Shown in pieces: positions 1 to 26,600 of a stretch of 64,000 nucleotides of DNA; position 1 is the first letter of the stretch, and every line of letters starts with the position of its first letter. The position numbers and the translations under genes were made by a program. The notes beneath the pieces are model-generated. The model made no database searches. It worked only from the letters and a program-made list of their open reading frames with translations, and had not been told where the DNA came from. Source of the DNA: Macrostomum lignano (lineage: Eukaryota); NCBI GenBank assembly GCA_002269645.1, contig NIVC01002792.1:62001-126000 (forward strand). Reading direction: 5' to 3'.

Positions 1-175
1 ATTGCGTCTATAGATAACCAGCACTGTACATTGTGTCCATAGATGACTAGCACTGTACATTGCGTCTATAGATAACCAGCACATTGTGTCCATAGATGAC
101 TAGCACTGTACATTGTGTCTATTATGTCTATAGATAAGCAGCACTTTACAATGTGTCTAAAGATAAGCAGTAATT
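1..175. repeat. 29-bp minisatellite (ATTGYGTCYATAGATRACYAGCACTGTAC), about 6 degenerate copies
   Basis: Tandem copies read directly from the window start; the array may extend beyond position 1. Confidence 0.85.
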
Positions 176-611
176 TTAATCACAAGTCAGTTTTCAGTCA
201 TATTCACAGTTAAAGTTCAGTTTTATAAAGTTAAGGCTGGAAATTCAGTCATCAAGTGCACATTGCCCCACACACTGCTGAGTTCTTCGCTGGCCTCTGA
301 GACTTTGGCAGACGCTTAGAATTCGACTGCAGCCTCCTCAGCTCCCGCAGCCCCAGGCAACCTCAGCTGACCCCGAAAAAGAAAAACATCAGCCGGAGGG
401 GGCAAACAAACGGCCGAAGAAGCGATGCCGTGATTGAGTGGGGCTTGGGGCGATCGCGGAGCTTCAAGCTCCGCTGGGAAGAACGGGGACAGCAATTATG
501 CGTTACCCCGGATCCCGGCGGCATCCCCGACCGTCGGGGACTCGGCTGTTTGCGGATTCCGCTAGGAGCTTCTGAGTGGCGATCAAAGATTATAGCACAG
601 GCCTTCACAAA

Positions 612-782
<171 letters not shown>

Positions 783-1608
783 GCAAAAGTGTGCTCACCC
801 TTATTTAGTCCCCAGCACTTTAACACCCAGAATGAGCAGCAGCTAAGAGAGGAAAGGCCTTAACAGGGGCTACAATAGACTGGGCAATGCTGTGAGTTTC
901 ATGTATCTTTCGCTTCAACGATCTTCACACGGCTTCCGCTCCGTGCCATTCTAGGTTAAAACTGCCCGGGTTTTCAATAAAACTTGCTTAAAGTTTAACG
1001 AAAAGAAGAGAAATGTGAGCGCAAATCGGGAGTGTTTCGCGTCTGGATCAGCGAGCCGAAGCGTCTGGACTTCAAGCTGAGTTGGCAGGCCTTGCGATTC
1101 CCCAAACAACCCAAAGAGTGCGCGCGGCGCCTCGAACTTTCAAATAAACAGCGTCGTAAAGCCGCAGCAGCAGCAGCAGCAGCAACTGCGTGCTGCAGAG
1201 AAAGCAGAAGAAAGCCATTTTAGTATCCACCCAGAGTTCCAGAGCGCGCAACGGTGGAAATGTGTCCCCCCAAAATATTTTTTGCTTGCTGCATCCTCTG
1301 CGCCCGGTGCAGCTGCGCAGAAAGCTGCTGGCACAGCGGATCCCCAGGCCTGCCCGCCCCCGCCCTGGGTGTCCAGCTGGTGCTGATAGCCGCTGGTCTG
1401 AAAATGATGCGCTGTCGCTCCAGCCCCGGCTGCCAGGGGGGGGGAGAGCTCTCGGGTCGGAGGAGAAACCCGAATTGTGGAAAAATATTTACTTAGAAGG
1501 AAAAAATTCTACAGGTGCTCCGGGACGGCAGAGAATCGTAATTAAGATGAAGTGGAAGCTGCTTCGCTGTGTGGTAAAGTAAATGAGACAGGTTTGACTT
1601 CATGGAAA

Positions 1609-3887
1609 AGTCACTCAGCCACAGTCATTCAGACACAGTCACTCAGCCACAGTCACTCAGACAGTCACTCAGCCACAGTCACTCAGACACAGTCACTCAG
1701 ACACAGTCACTCAGCCACAGTCACTCAGACAGTCACTCAGACAGTCACTCAGACACAGTCACTCAGCCAGTCACTCAGACAGTCACTCAGCCACAGTCAC
1801 TCAGACAGTCACTCAGCCGCAGTCACTCAAACACAGTCACTCAGACAGTCACTCAGCCGCAGTCACTCAGACACAGTCACTCACAGACAGTCACTCAGAT
1901 AGTCACTCAGACATAGTCACTCAGCCACAGTCACTCAGACAGTCACTCAGACAGTCACTCAGACACAGTCATTCAGACACAGTCACTCAGCCGCAGTCAC
2001 TCAGCCACAGTCACTCAGACACAGTCACTCAGACACAGTCACTCAGCCACAGTCACTCAGCCACAGTCACTCAGACAGTCACTCAGACACAGTCACTCAG
2101 CCAGTCACTCAGACAGTCACTCAGCTACAGTCACTCAGACAGTCACTCAGCCGCAGTCACTCAAACACAGTCACTCAGACAGTCACTCAGATAGTCACTC
2201 AGACACAGTCACTCAGACAGTGACTCAGACAGTGACTCAGATAGTCACTCAGACATAGTCACTCAGCCACAGTCACTCAGACAGGCACTCAGCTACAGTC
2301 ACTCAGGCAGTCACTCAGCCACAGTCACTCAGACAGTCACTCAGACAGTCACTCAGATAGTCACTCAGACATAGTCACTCAGCCACAGTCACTCAGACAG
2401 TCACTCAGACAGTCACTCAGACACAGTCACTCAGCCGCAGTCACTCAAAAACAGTCACTCAGACAGTCACTCAGACACAATCACTCAGCCGCAGTCACTC
2501 AGACACAGTCACTCAGCCGCAGTCACTCAAACACAGTCACTCAGACAGTCACTCAGACACAATCACTCAGCCGCAGTCACTCAGACACAGTCACTCAGCC
2601 GCAGTCACTCAGACACAGTCACTCAGCCGCAGTCACTCAAACACAGTCACTCAGACAGTCACTCAGACACAATCACTCAGCCGCAGTCACTCAGACACAA
2701 TCACTCAGCCGCAGTCACTCAGACACAATCACTCAGCCGCAGTCACTCAGACACAGTCACTCAGACGCAGTCACTCAAACACAGTCACTCAGACAGTCAC
2801 TCAGACACAATCACTCAGCCGCAGTCACTCAGACACAATCACTCAGCCGCAGTCACTCAGACACAGTCACTCAGCCGCAGTCACTCAAACACAGTCACTC
2901 AGACAGTCACTCAGACACAATCACTCAGCCACAGTCACTCAGACACAGTCACTCAGCCGCAGTCACTCAGACAGTCACTCAGCCGCAGTCACTCAAACAC
3001 AGTCACTCAGCCGCAGTCACTCAAACACAGTCACTCAGACAGTCACTCAGACACAGTCACTCAGCCGCAGTCACTCAAACACAGTCACTCAGACAGTCAC
3101 TCAGACACAATCACTCAGACACAATCACTCAGCCACAGTCACTCAGACACAGTCACTCAGACACAGTCACTCAGCCGCAGTCACTCAAACACAGTTACTC
3201 AGACAGTCACTCAGACACAGTCACTCAGCCGCAGTCACTCAAACACAGTTACTCTCAGACAGTCACTCAGACACAGTCACTCAGACGCAGTCACTCAAAC
3301 ACAGTCACTCAGACAGTCACTCAGACACAATCACTCAGACACAATCACTCAGCCACAGTCACTCAGACACAGTCACTCAGACACAGTCACTCAGCCGCAG
3401 TCACTCAAACACAGTTACTCAGACAGTCACTCAGACACAGTCACTCAGCCGCAGTCACTCAAACACAGTTACTCAGACAGTCACTCAGACACAGTCACTC
3501 AGCCGCAGTCACTCAAACACAGTCACTCAGACACAGTCACTCAGACACAGTCACTCAGCCGCAGTCACTCAGACACAGTCACTCAGACAGTCACTCAGAC
3601 ACAGTCACTCAGACAGTCACTCAAACACAGTTACTCAGACAGTCACTCAGACACAGTCACTCAGCCGCAGTCACTCAGACAGTCACTCAGACACAGTCAC
3701 TCAGACGCAGTCACTCAGACAGTCACTCAGACACAGTCACTCAGCCGCAGTCACTCAAACACAGTTACTCATACAGTCACTCAGACACAGTCACTCAGCC
3801 GCAGTCACTCAGACAGTCACTCAGACACAGTCACTCAGACACAGTCACTCAGACAGTCACTCAGACACAGTCACTCAGACACAGTCG
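1609..3887. repeat. 10-12 bp minisatellite array, core CAGTCACTCAG
   Basis: About 2.3 kb of CAGTCACTCAG(AC/CC) variants with higher-order patterning. Confidence 0.97.
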
Positions 3888-5551
3888 CAGGGGACACAGG
3901 GAACCTTTCGCTAATGAAAAACACAGTTAATCGTTTAACCAAAAAACAGGTGATAAAAAGCGCAGATCCGGAAACGCGAAGATGTCACAAATGGTGGGGG
4001 ACGCGTGCGGGGCGGTGGAATCGGGTGCAGATGGGGATCCCAGATTCCGAGGGGTATCGGGTGGTGTTTCATTCTGCGGCCCCACTTGAAGGCAGCAAGT
4101 TGCGATGCGGCTGTTTCTCACGCCGCCAAGCGAGTTTGTTTATCCGAACCGCACCGCCGCAAGCAAGTGCGCGAGGAGGACACCGGCAGGACCGGCTGCC
4201 TCCCAACTCCAATCGTCGCGCAAAAGTCCAAATATTCGGTCCCGTGGCGGTGGAGTTTTGTTTTACTGCGTCCCATTTTTGTTATAAACAAATGTCGATT
4301 AAGCAATCCGGGGGTTAATGCTTCAAGCTGCTGTACTGACGGTTATTCGAGATCCAAGCTCCGAGCCACCGATCGGGTTCAAGACTTGACCGATGATCCG
4401 GGCTGACCCTGGCTCTGCTCGGCCATGGGAACTCGGCCCTGTCGCTGCCACGTGCCCTGAATGACAGAACTGATTCAAAGCGGCCGTGAGCCTCGGCTCC
4501 CTCTTTTAATTAATGACGCCCAGCCTTCCTCTTACCCAGGGACAGCGGCAGCTCAGCATCGGAGCCGAGCGGGAAGAGAAATGGACTTTGAGCGATGGAA
4601 ACTCCTAGAATGAAGGGAATTCTAGCGCAAATTTCCGATAAAATTCCTTCTTGGGAGAGGACTTTCCAAATGCCTATCCGCGTGGGCCCGGACATTCAAT
4701 CGAGTTTGGCCTCAGCCTCTTTTGTGTCCCCTCCGTCTCACGGCTGGGGCTGGCTGCGCGGCTCCGAGTTTTATGCGGCGGCGGCCGTCCTCTCTGACTG
4801 AGATCGGACTTATCGCTATCCACGAAGTCCGCGCGCCGCCCGTGTTTCTCTATCGATATTGAGCTCAGCCAGACCGGCTCCATGATCTATGATTTATTGC
4901 CAGCTGAGTAAATTGCAATCTCTCTAGTCTCCATTTATTCATCAGTAGCTGCGGTGGTTGTAGCGGCGCAAACTGGATCGATAATGGATCGATAAAGGAG
5001 TGAGGTGGACGGCCTAGGGAGGAGGGCGGTTGTACATGTACATTGCGAATGCACATTGATTCAGTTGATGGGTTGAATGGCAGAGGGTGGGGCGATTTAA
5101 TTTGGGTTCCGGGGTGCTTTCCACCGCCCACTGTGTTTAAGGTGGGTCCCGGCGCGCACTTGTCTCGGGGCTTGGTGCGCCGCGGCCTAGGCGGGGGTGG
5201 GTGTCAGTGAGGGCTTTCGTGCTTTGTACCCGCCTCGCACTGTCTCGCTTCGCTGGGCTTGCGTAGAACGCACATTGATTCAATCGATGGGGGAATGGCG
5301 GAGGGTAGGGAATGATTTACTAGAATTTGGGGTTCAACACAGAACGCTGTATTGAGGGTGAACCAGACCCCAGGGCGCTGAGAATGTACATTGTGTTGAC
5401 AATGAAAAAACGCGTACGCTGCGGAATAGGCCTGGCTGCCCAATTATTGCCTCCTTGCTGGCTGGCAGCACTCACAGCCCTCACTCAAACTAACTGACCA
5501 AGCTCGCCAGGCCAAACTGAGATGCCTGCGTCGAGGGCTCTTTGAGCTCAC

Positions 5552-17561
<12,010 letters not shown>

Positions 17562-19005
17562 CCTTGAGCCTGCAGAGTGCAGTACACGCTCTTGGCTTCC
17601 AACTCAAAGTGTCCTCGGATCGCCCTGAAGATTTTCTTGTTTACCGGATCTGCCCTCGGCTCGCACTATTTTTTATCTCTCTGATTTGCCGCACAAATCT
17701 CGACAGCCCCAACCCAATGCGCCGATTTGAGACTGGAGAGCTGAAGTGCCCGACTTGAGAGCAGATGAGATTAGTCCTTCAGTACAAATCAAAGCTGGCG
17801 ACCAGGAACGCGTGTCGCCGGACGAACCCCTGAGGGACTCGTTAAAATAAACCAGAGCTTGGCCTGGCCTGTTAGAGTGAGCCACGAGCGGGAGAAAAGG
17901 ATGGGGAGACTGACAGAGCCGCGGAGAATGGCGAGAATTTGCACCCACCCCCCATGGCTGTGACGGCCTGCATCATCAACGATTGGAAGCTGGCGATTGG
18001 GGAGGCTAACGGGGCGCGTTGCCAAGCGGCCTAGCAACCATCGTATCCTCCATTCACTGTCTGTTTTCGCGGGTGGAGACAGGGCATGCAATGCCGACCG
18101 AAAGTATAGTGATGAAGTGCCCCGCTTGACAACAGCCAGAGAGAGGCTGCTTCGACTTCTGAGAGCTCAAAGCATCGGCCAAATATGGCAAGTTCGGCAT
18201 TGAGCAGCCACTCTCGCACGAATTGAATTTGATGGACCGCCTGCTCCGCTGCGGCACAATGGGGCAATCATGATGAGGCCTGGCATGGGTTGGAGTGCAG
18301 GCTCGATAAATGTATTAAAGACGAGTCTGTCAGGAAGTTGTCTCGCCAGCCGGTGAGGAGGTAATTTTCAGTTTTCCCTCTGCATGTTGGCTGTAGCGGT
18401 GAGCGATAGTCGATCGCACAAGCCGCACTCCGATCAACTGCCGCGACTGTGAAATCGAGCCCGGGACCCTCTGAGTCATTCTTGCGTGGATGCCAAGTAC
18501 TGAGTGGATGAAACTCAAAAAATTTCCGTCACCAAACGATATTATTTTAATTAGATATCATTAAATCTCCGGCATCTAAATATGGATATGGATAGCAACT
18601 GCCGCGGGCGGTCAGTGAGCTCCCAAAGATGGATCTGTAATAAGATCGGCCTAATTAACTTCAAAGGCCGCAAATGCAAAATAACGCAAATTAGTGTTTT
18701 TGAAGCCACTACATGGATTCTGGCACTGCCTCAGGGTAGAACTACGAGGGTCAAGAGAGCCAGTATAAATTAAAGCAATCATTTGGCGTATTACATGCAA
18801 TGGTCCGATTATAGAAGCAGCGAGTGTAATTACTATTAATCCAAAGTTACCGTTAATACAAGCATATCTCAAAGGTCAGAAATGCTGTCAAACGCTTAAT
18901 TATCTTCCTTACGTATATACATGCTGTTTGCACAAGAAAACATAGGATTGTATGGCACTACTGTCAGTAAGACATTAAGCATACTGAATTTGAAAAAGTT
19001 TGAGT

Positions 19006-19095
19006 TTAAGCATCTGGGAGAGCAGCAGTCTGAGCATCTGGGAGAGCAGCAGTCTGAGCATCTGGGAGAGCAGCAGTCTGAGCATCTGGTAGAGC
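19006..19095. repeat. 24-bp tandem repeat AGCATCTGGGAGAGCAGCAGTCTG
   Basis: About 3.5 copies. Confidence 0.9.
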
Positions 19096-21486
19096 AGGAT
19101 TCAGGATGTCTGCACATTTTGAGAAAGTAAAATAAAGGAGACTGTTTCTGTTTGACTGATCCCAAAAAAAGAGATTTTATTTGGTAACGTAACAATATGG
19201 TCCTAAACATACATCACTCATTAGCAGTGTTGGGCACAATTCCGATACTCCGATACTCCAATACCCAAAAGGTATCGCCGATAGTATCGGAGTATCGGAA
19301 GTCGATACTTTTTTTGACAGTATCGGACTTCGGTAATTTCCGATGCAATTGAGGTGGGCCGAAGAAAAGGAGATAAAAATAATTTATTTAATTTGAATAT
19401 CTTTGTGTTTGAAATCGGTCGGTTGCTTACACCAATTTAAGGTGGGCGGTTCAACTTTGAATTGTCGTCTGCGTTGTCTCGGCACTCGTAAAGCCGGAAA
19501 ATTTCACGAACTGATGCGTTTAGCTTCTCCGTTGATACTCCGTCTGCCGGGTCCTCAATTCCGGGGGGGGGGTAGTCGTATTCGCAGTCGAGCAGTCTTT
19601 TAACGGCACGGTCGTTCAATTGGGTCCTCAGACGCCGTAAATTTTGTAATCTGTCGATATGCTCGGTTTGTTACTATCAGTAGTAAAGTAGCGCTGCTAC
19701 CACCGTAATTTCGTATTACGGAACGCTAAGGGCCTCAGAGCTTTCTTTGAGATGAGACTAATTGGTTGTTTTACGCCCCGCGGCAAATGACTCAATAGAA
19801 ACTAAAGGCTTCGATTAGGAACGAGTGAATAAATATTGTCGTCACAATTCTTATTATTTTACACTGGATAGGCACTAGTTAAACAAATTAGTAAGAATTA
19901 CTAAAGTATTATTATTAATTATTAATTCGCTACGACAAGAGTAGATTCGGCGGTGCCGAGAGCAATTAATGAAATAAATTGGGGTTATGCACTGAGCAAA
20001 TGAGAGATTAGCTACGGTCCAGAACAGAACCAGAACAAAAGGGGGGTTGAAAACTGAAACTAAACACGCAAGAATTTATACGCAGAACTCGGCTAATTCC
20101 CGGGAGTGGGACACAAGGGGGAACACCGGGTGGAACACACGAGGGAAAAAGGAATAAAACCGGCGGTGGTTACGTGGAAAAACACGTTAAAACAAGGATG
20201 GGACCAGGGAAAGGACCAGCCGGGGGAACAATGGTGGGAGCAACCGGGGGAACGGGAAACATCAATCAAAGGAACAGTTAGGTTACGTCAAGCAGTCCAC
20301 CGATGGGAGGCGTTGCGTTGCTGCCAACTGCCTACCGAACCCCAGTGGTAGACCGGCATACCACACAATTTTTATAAATTTTCCCGATAGTCCCGATACT
20401 TTTGAAATTTTGAGCATGCAAATAATCAAATTTTCTTTAAAATGGATGAAATAGTTGCGTTCTTTTACAGAAAGTAATGATCAAAACTTCACTTTTTGGT
20501 CAATGATGCTGAAATAGTAAATCTTTTCTTTTTTAAAACTAGTTTTTAGAACTTTTTAAAATATTCTGCGCCATCACTTTATATAAATCAGTTTTTACAT
20601 GTACATGTAGTTTGCAGTTTGTAGTCTGAAACACTGTCACTTGTCAGCTACTGGACTGATTGCTGATCGATTCTACAATTTCCACATTAGTATTGTACTA
20701 GCAATCTTCGCCCCCCGATGGGGGACATCTGGATAGAATCCTTGTTCCTTGTTCCTTGTTCTTTTCTGTGCTTGATCAACTGTACTTGTTGCTTTCTTCT
20801 AAGTGAGCATAGAAGCACTAGGCAGTGTGTATTTCTATGGCCAAGGATATGTGAACAAATGCATGCTGCTTACAGCAAGAAGCACTTATAAAAATTGGAT
20901 TTTCGTGGCATGAAAGCTAAAATAAGCTGCCTACTTTTAAGGCATATATATATTATATATAAGGCATATACTTTGAATTTTATCTGTAAATGTTACGACC
21001 CTATTTACATGGAATGGCCCATATGATTTTTTAACACACATTAATATTTGTGGAAGCAAGCAAAAGTGACACTACTTCTTGGACACCCCTTGCAATTTCA
21101 ATACGACAATAGGCCTAGTAATTTATTCATTGCTATATTCTTTTTTATTATATGGACTATATTTTTCTAGTATGTTGTATATGGCAAAAAAGCAAGAAAT
21201 CTTTGATGCTTTTTAAAGAAACATCAGTTGCAACTTTAAAGAAAATCAAAATCATTGTTGCAAATGATCATATTGATACATGTACAACTATTAGATTGGC
21301 CATATTGGCTAGCAGTTATACATGTATATACAAAACATACAATTTTTATACATAGCCTAAAATATGCAAATCACCAAATCTCACAACAAAAGATGTATCT
21401 AAATGGTCAAGGAGTCAGTTGACCTTTTAAAAATCTAAGATGTCTTTCCTAGAAATAAATCTAGGAAATTCGGCCAATCAGGGCTA

Positions 21487-21989
21487 CCATAGTGTGGATC
21501 ATGCTAAGTGCACGCGAGAAACGACCCAAAGCTAATTCCCAAAAGCACGCCGATGACAAGCGAATGCACGCCGATGCACGCCGATAAATTAAAATTCAAA
21601 TTGAAGACAAAAAACGTATTTTAAATTGCATTGTGTAAAACAAAGCAACAAACGATGTACAAAAAAAATGATATATCTTTAAAAATGTGTATTTCTCATA
21701 CATTAATTTATTTAACGGTCTTATACACTGTTTATTTACAATAGTTTTTTTTCAAAAGTTAAATACAATAATACGTATTTTATGTCTGCTTACCATTGCA
21801 TTGGCAGCTTTGCCACATCAGGTAGCAGGCACGCGGCACGCGGCGCATGCCAGGCAAGCCAGTGTATTTATGTAGTGTGCATTATGCATGCCAAATGCAC
21901 GCCACTTACCTAATCGCACGCCGGTGCACGCCACTTTTGAAAATGCACGCGGGAAAATTCTCGCGTGCACTACATGATCTACACTATGG
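21487..21989. mobile_element. 503-bp MITE (non-autonomous DNA transposon, hAT/P-type 8-bp TSD)
   Basis: Left TIR CCATAGTGTGGATCATGCTAAGTGCACGCGAGAA and right TIR TTCTCGCGTGCACTACATGATCTACACTATGG. Identical 8-bp flank CAGGGCTA at 21479-21486 and 21990-21997. Internal TGCACGCCG repeats. No ORF. Confidence 0.9.
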
Positions 21990-23662
21990 CAGGGCTAATC
22001 TTAGTCATGCTCTTAGGTAGGCCTAATTCCTGATAGAATATCAACTATATTAAGTAGGCAAAAGAATAAGGAAAGTGCTTTCTATAAAAGATTTTCTATA
22101 AATATATTTTTGTTAATTTTCCATTGCTTTGCTAGTTAAAAACTATAAGTTATAACTCTCTTTTCTGCTATGAATCCTTATTAATGTATTTTAAATAAAT
22201 TAAGCAAACTTCAAATATTATATATAAAGACATTCCATGGCTATAATAAGGCTATTATAATAGTGTTTTTATACTTACACTTCTGCTATACATTTATATA
22301 TCTTATATCTAAAGCTCAGTGGACCAATCAATTGATTTATCAACCAACTGGGTTTAACGCGCATGTCCTCCTAGATGGTTGGCAACTCAAATGCGAGACA
22401 TATCTATCATTGCAGAATTTTCCTACACAACAAATAGGCTATTTTAATGTTGAAATTTTCAAATTTAAGTCTATTAAAAGACAGAAAACTGTTTTCTTTT
22501 TTGGAAAGAACCTTTTTTGGCTACTTTTTCTGCTCTGAACTGAAAATTTGCATCAATTTTGAGTGATTGTGCTACAATTTTTTCCTATATTGGCAGTGTA
22601 TTTTCTCTCCAGTGGGGGGATGGTCGCGTTTTCAGTGGCTACATGTGTACACTTGAACCTTTGCTAACTGGCGGACAGTGAAATTCAATGCACAAACTTG
22701 CGAACCTCTCACTGTAGCAGGTAGTGAATATACACAAAAAAATTCAATGCTTTAAACTAAGAAATTTCTAACCCAAACTGTTCCTCGAGTTTAAAACTTT
22801 CAGAGAAAAGACTTATATTGCTAGAAAGATCTTTCAGTGCTGAGTTCGGGGATATAAGTTTTTTGCTTTAAATATGAAAAGAAAAAGCACAGCAATCGAA
22901 AAACAATTTCCTTACTTTTAACTTTCTGCAAAGATTGTACTCATTTTGGGGTTGAATCTGGTTTCGACCGACCCCCACCAGTTGGGGGGTTTCAATTTTT
23001 AACTGCCACTGTAGTGGAAGGGGGTTGGTTGCTGTGTATTGGAGGATTGATTTAGATTGCGCAATCATTTTGTTAACTTTAATTGAGACTGATACTGACT
23101 GACAGAGAAATTGATTGCACAACCAATTGTTTCACTTGGTTCAATTTTTATAGTATTGGCGCCTTTAAACATGCAGCTCTGAGCAGCTCTTACCCTAACC
23201 CTAACCCTCGCCACTGAGTCCAGAGAGTTGATTTCTGTTTGATGAAGAGGCTTTCTATGGTTTTCAATTTCATGGAGAGGATTATTTGGAGATTCTTTTG
23301 AGATGAGTTGAATGATGGGATTCAGCCGATGGATTTCAGGGAATAGAATTCCGGTGACAGGAGTTCTCCCCCTTTCTCCTCCAGCAGAGGAGTTGGCCTC
23401 GTTATTTCTATTGTCTGTTGGAAGTTTCTCTGTTTGAAGTAGGCTCAGCTTTATTTATACTATCAAGGCAGTGTATCCTAGATTTATCCTGATGGTATAT
23501 ATTTAATATAATGGGCCTTATGTTTTAAAATTCTTTAGTTTTGTTCCTATGCAGTTTTATACAAGATACATAGTATTAACATACATAGTATTTTCTCTGA
23601 AAGTTTAAGACTGCATTTATAGCTCTTAGATAAGTCATAGTCAAACCGTGACCGCCGCAGGC

Positions 23663-26600
23663 ATGAGCAGCCAAATGGCATCAACAGGTGGTGGCAGGAA
23701 GCCGCGATTCGTCCATCCAGACTACAGCCTGGCCCCCAACTGCGGAGTGACCTACGGTGTCCGCTATGTTGGCAGCGTGCCAGTGCTGGCCAGCACCAGG
23801 TCGCTCAAGACTGACATGCGAAACCAGGCGAGTTTGCTGAGCCATGCCTGATTCAGCTTTTCTGTCTGATATGCCTCACAATTTCCGGCAGTCTTAGCAA
23901 TCCGATTTTAGCTACAGACTATGTTACACTTGTGAGAGATTGTATAGTTGCTTTTTGCAGACGTGCAGACGAGTGCAGACGAGAGCTGGCCATTGTGTCC
24001 TTGTTGCTCTTAGTATTTTTGGCGCTGCGAACACTATTTAGTCACCGTTTGAGTCTCTGGTCTCGCCTAGTCTAAATTCTTTTTCATCCTAGTCTGAAGT
24101 CTTCGTTCCATCCCAGTCTGAAGTCTTTGTTCCTTCCATCTTAATCTGAAGTCTTTGTTCCATCCTAATCTGGTCTTTGTTACATCCTAGTCTGAAGTCT
24201 TTGTTCCATCCTAGTCTGAAGTTTCTGTTCCATCCCAGTCTGAAGTCTTCGTTCCATCCCACAGTCTGAAGTCTCTGTTCCATCCTAGTCTGAAGTTTCT
24301 GTTCCATCCCAGTCTGAAGTCTTTGTTCCATCCTAGTCTGAAGTTTCTGTTCCATCCCAGTCTGAAGTCTTCGTTCCATCCCACAGTCTGAAGTCTCTGT
24401 TCCATCCCAGTCTGAAGTCTGTTCCATTCCAGTCTGAAGCTTCTGTTCCATCCCAGTCTAAAGTCTCTGTTCCATCCTAAACTGAAGTCTTTGTTCCATC
24501 CTAGTATGAAGTCTTCGTTCCATCCCAGTCTGAATTCTCTGTTCCATCCCAGTCTGAAGTCTTTGTTCCACCACAATCTGAAGTCTCTGTTCCATCCCAT
24601 TCTGAAGTCTTTGTTCCACCACAATCTGAAGTCTTTGTTCCATCCCAGTCTGAAGTCTGTTTCATCCTGGTCTGGTCTCTGTTCCATCCGAGTGTTAAGT
24701 CTTTGTCCTGTCCCAGTCTGAGCGCCAGCGCCCCTCCCTCCGCCAGGTGACGCGGGCCGCCATCTGCATGTGCTGCGAGTCGGCCGGGCTGCTGATGCCG
24801 GGCAAGAAGCGCCGGGACAAGGCCATCGCCAAGCTGCTTGGCGACCGGCCGGCCATGCAGCACAGCGGCTGCAGCGTCAATATCACCGTCACTACGCAGA
24901 GCATCAACGTGGTTGCCATGGATACGCAGGCGGTGATAGCCAATCACGATCTGGTTAACGTGTCCTTCGCCAGCGGCGGCGACGCCGACACCATGGACTA
25001 CGTTGCCTACGTTGCTAAGGACGCTCTCCAGGGCCGGGCCTGTTACGTAATCGAATGTCCGGACGGCCTGGCCTCGGACGTCGTGTCCACTATCGGCCAG
25101 GCGTTCGAGTTGCGCTACAAAGGCCTCTACTGCGCACCGGTGGCCTCCACGGCCCCTGCGTCTGCCGCTGCCGCCGCTGCGCCTGCGGCTTCCGGTTATG
25201 TGAGTTTGGCGTACTTTGTCCTGCTTGTGAATCATTCTTTGCGCAAGCTCTCAGATGCTGTGGCGCCACTGGCACAGACTTACTTTGGGTATACCGGTAG
25301 ATATAGATGAAATTCATTGTAGGAGAAATGCTTTACTAAACCCAGTAGCAGCAGCAAGTGCCTCACAACTTCCGGCAGTCTTAGCACTGAAACTTTTCCA
25401 GCTACAGACTATGTTACACTTGTGAGAGATTGAACTCAGTTATGTGCAGCCGAGAGTTGGCCCTGCATCTGTCAGCATCTTTTGCTGATTGCCGATTTGT
25501 CTGGGCCATAGTGAGCGCCGCGCACAGACTCTCCCAGATCCCCATGCTGTTATACAGACTCTCCCAGATCCCCATGCTGTTATACAGACTCTCCCAGATC
25601 CCCATGCTGTTATACAGACTCTCCCAGATCCCCATGCTGTTATACAGACTCTCCCAGATCCCCATGCTGTTATACAGACTCTCCCAGATCCCCATGCTGT
25701 TATACAGACTCTCCCAGATCCCCATGCTGTTATACAGACTCTTCCAGATCCCCATGCTGTTATACAGACTCTCCCAGATCCCCATGCTGGGACACAGACT
25801 CTTCCAGACCCCCATTTTTTTATTAGAGGCAGGGGGGTTGTGTGCACCCTGGCGCACTTTAAGCGACATAGGCACACAACCGGCGAGAGGCATTACTGCC
25901 CATTCCGCCGACTCCCCTGAGCAGGCATACAAGCGCGCGGATACGTACGCAGGCACACACTCACACAGGAGTGTACAGCGGCTCTAACTTTATATTATCG
26001 TTAGGCATGTACACTTCACTGCGCCTTGGGGGGTTGGCTCTCAAGGCCGTTAATTGCACGAGCAGAGCCAAGCCGAGATTCCAATTCAACCCCAAATTAA
26101 TGTGACTGCACTTGGAATCGAGCCTGGGTCGCTGGCACACCAGAGCAGCTGCGCTACCGCTGGGCTACGGCCCCCCATGCTGTTATACAGACTCTCCCAG
26201 ATCCCCATGCTGTTATACAGACTCTCCCAGATCCCCATGCTGTCATACAGACTCTCCCAGATCCTCATGCTGTTATCAGACTCTCCCAGACCCCGTGGTG
26301 ATACAAAAATGTACAGCACAGCCATTAGTTAGATTATTGTAAATTTATTAAATCATGTCCTCACAATTTCCGGCAGTCGTAGCCCCCACCCGCAACTACA
26401 GACTATGTTACACTTGTGAGAGATTGAACTCAGTTATGTGCAGCCGAGAGTTGGCCCTGCATCTGTCAGCATCTTTTGCTGATTGCCGATTTGTCTGGGC
26501 CATAGTGAGCGCCGCGCACAGACTCTCCCAGATCCCCATGCTGTTATACAGACTCTCCCAGATCCCCATGCTGTTATACAGACTCTCCCAGATCCCCATG

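Noticed and set aside
23181-23198. Telomere-like CCCTAACCCTAACCCT
   Set aside because: Under three units, too short to call an interstitial telomere or a telomere-addition site.
26100-26174. Possible minus-strand tRNA gene (also at about 27034-27108)
   Set aside because: It has A and B boxes but no convincing cloverleaf, and is followed by a ~290-bp body and an A-tail, so it is a SINE.
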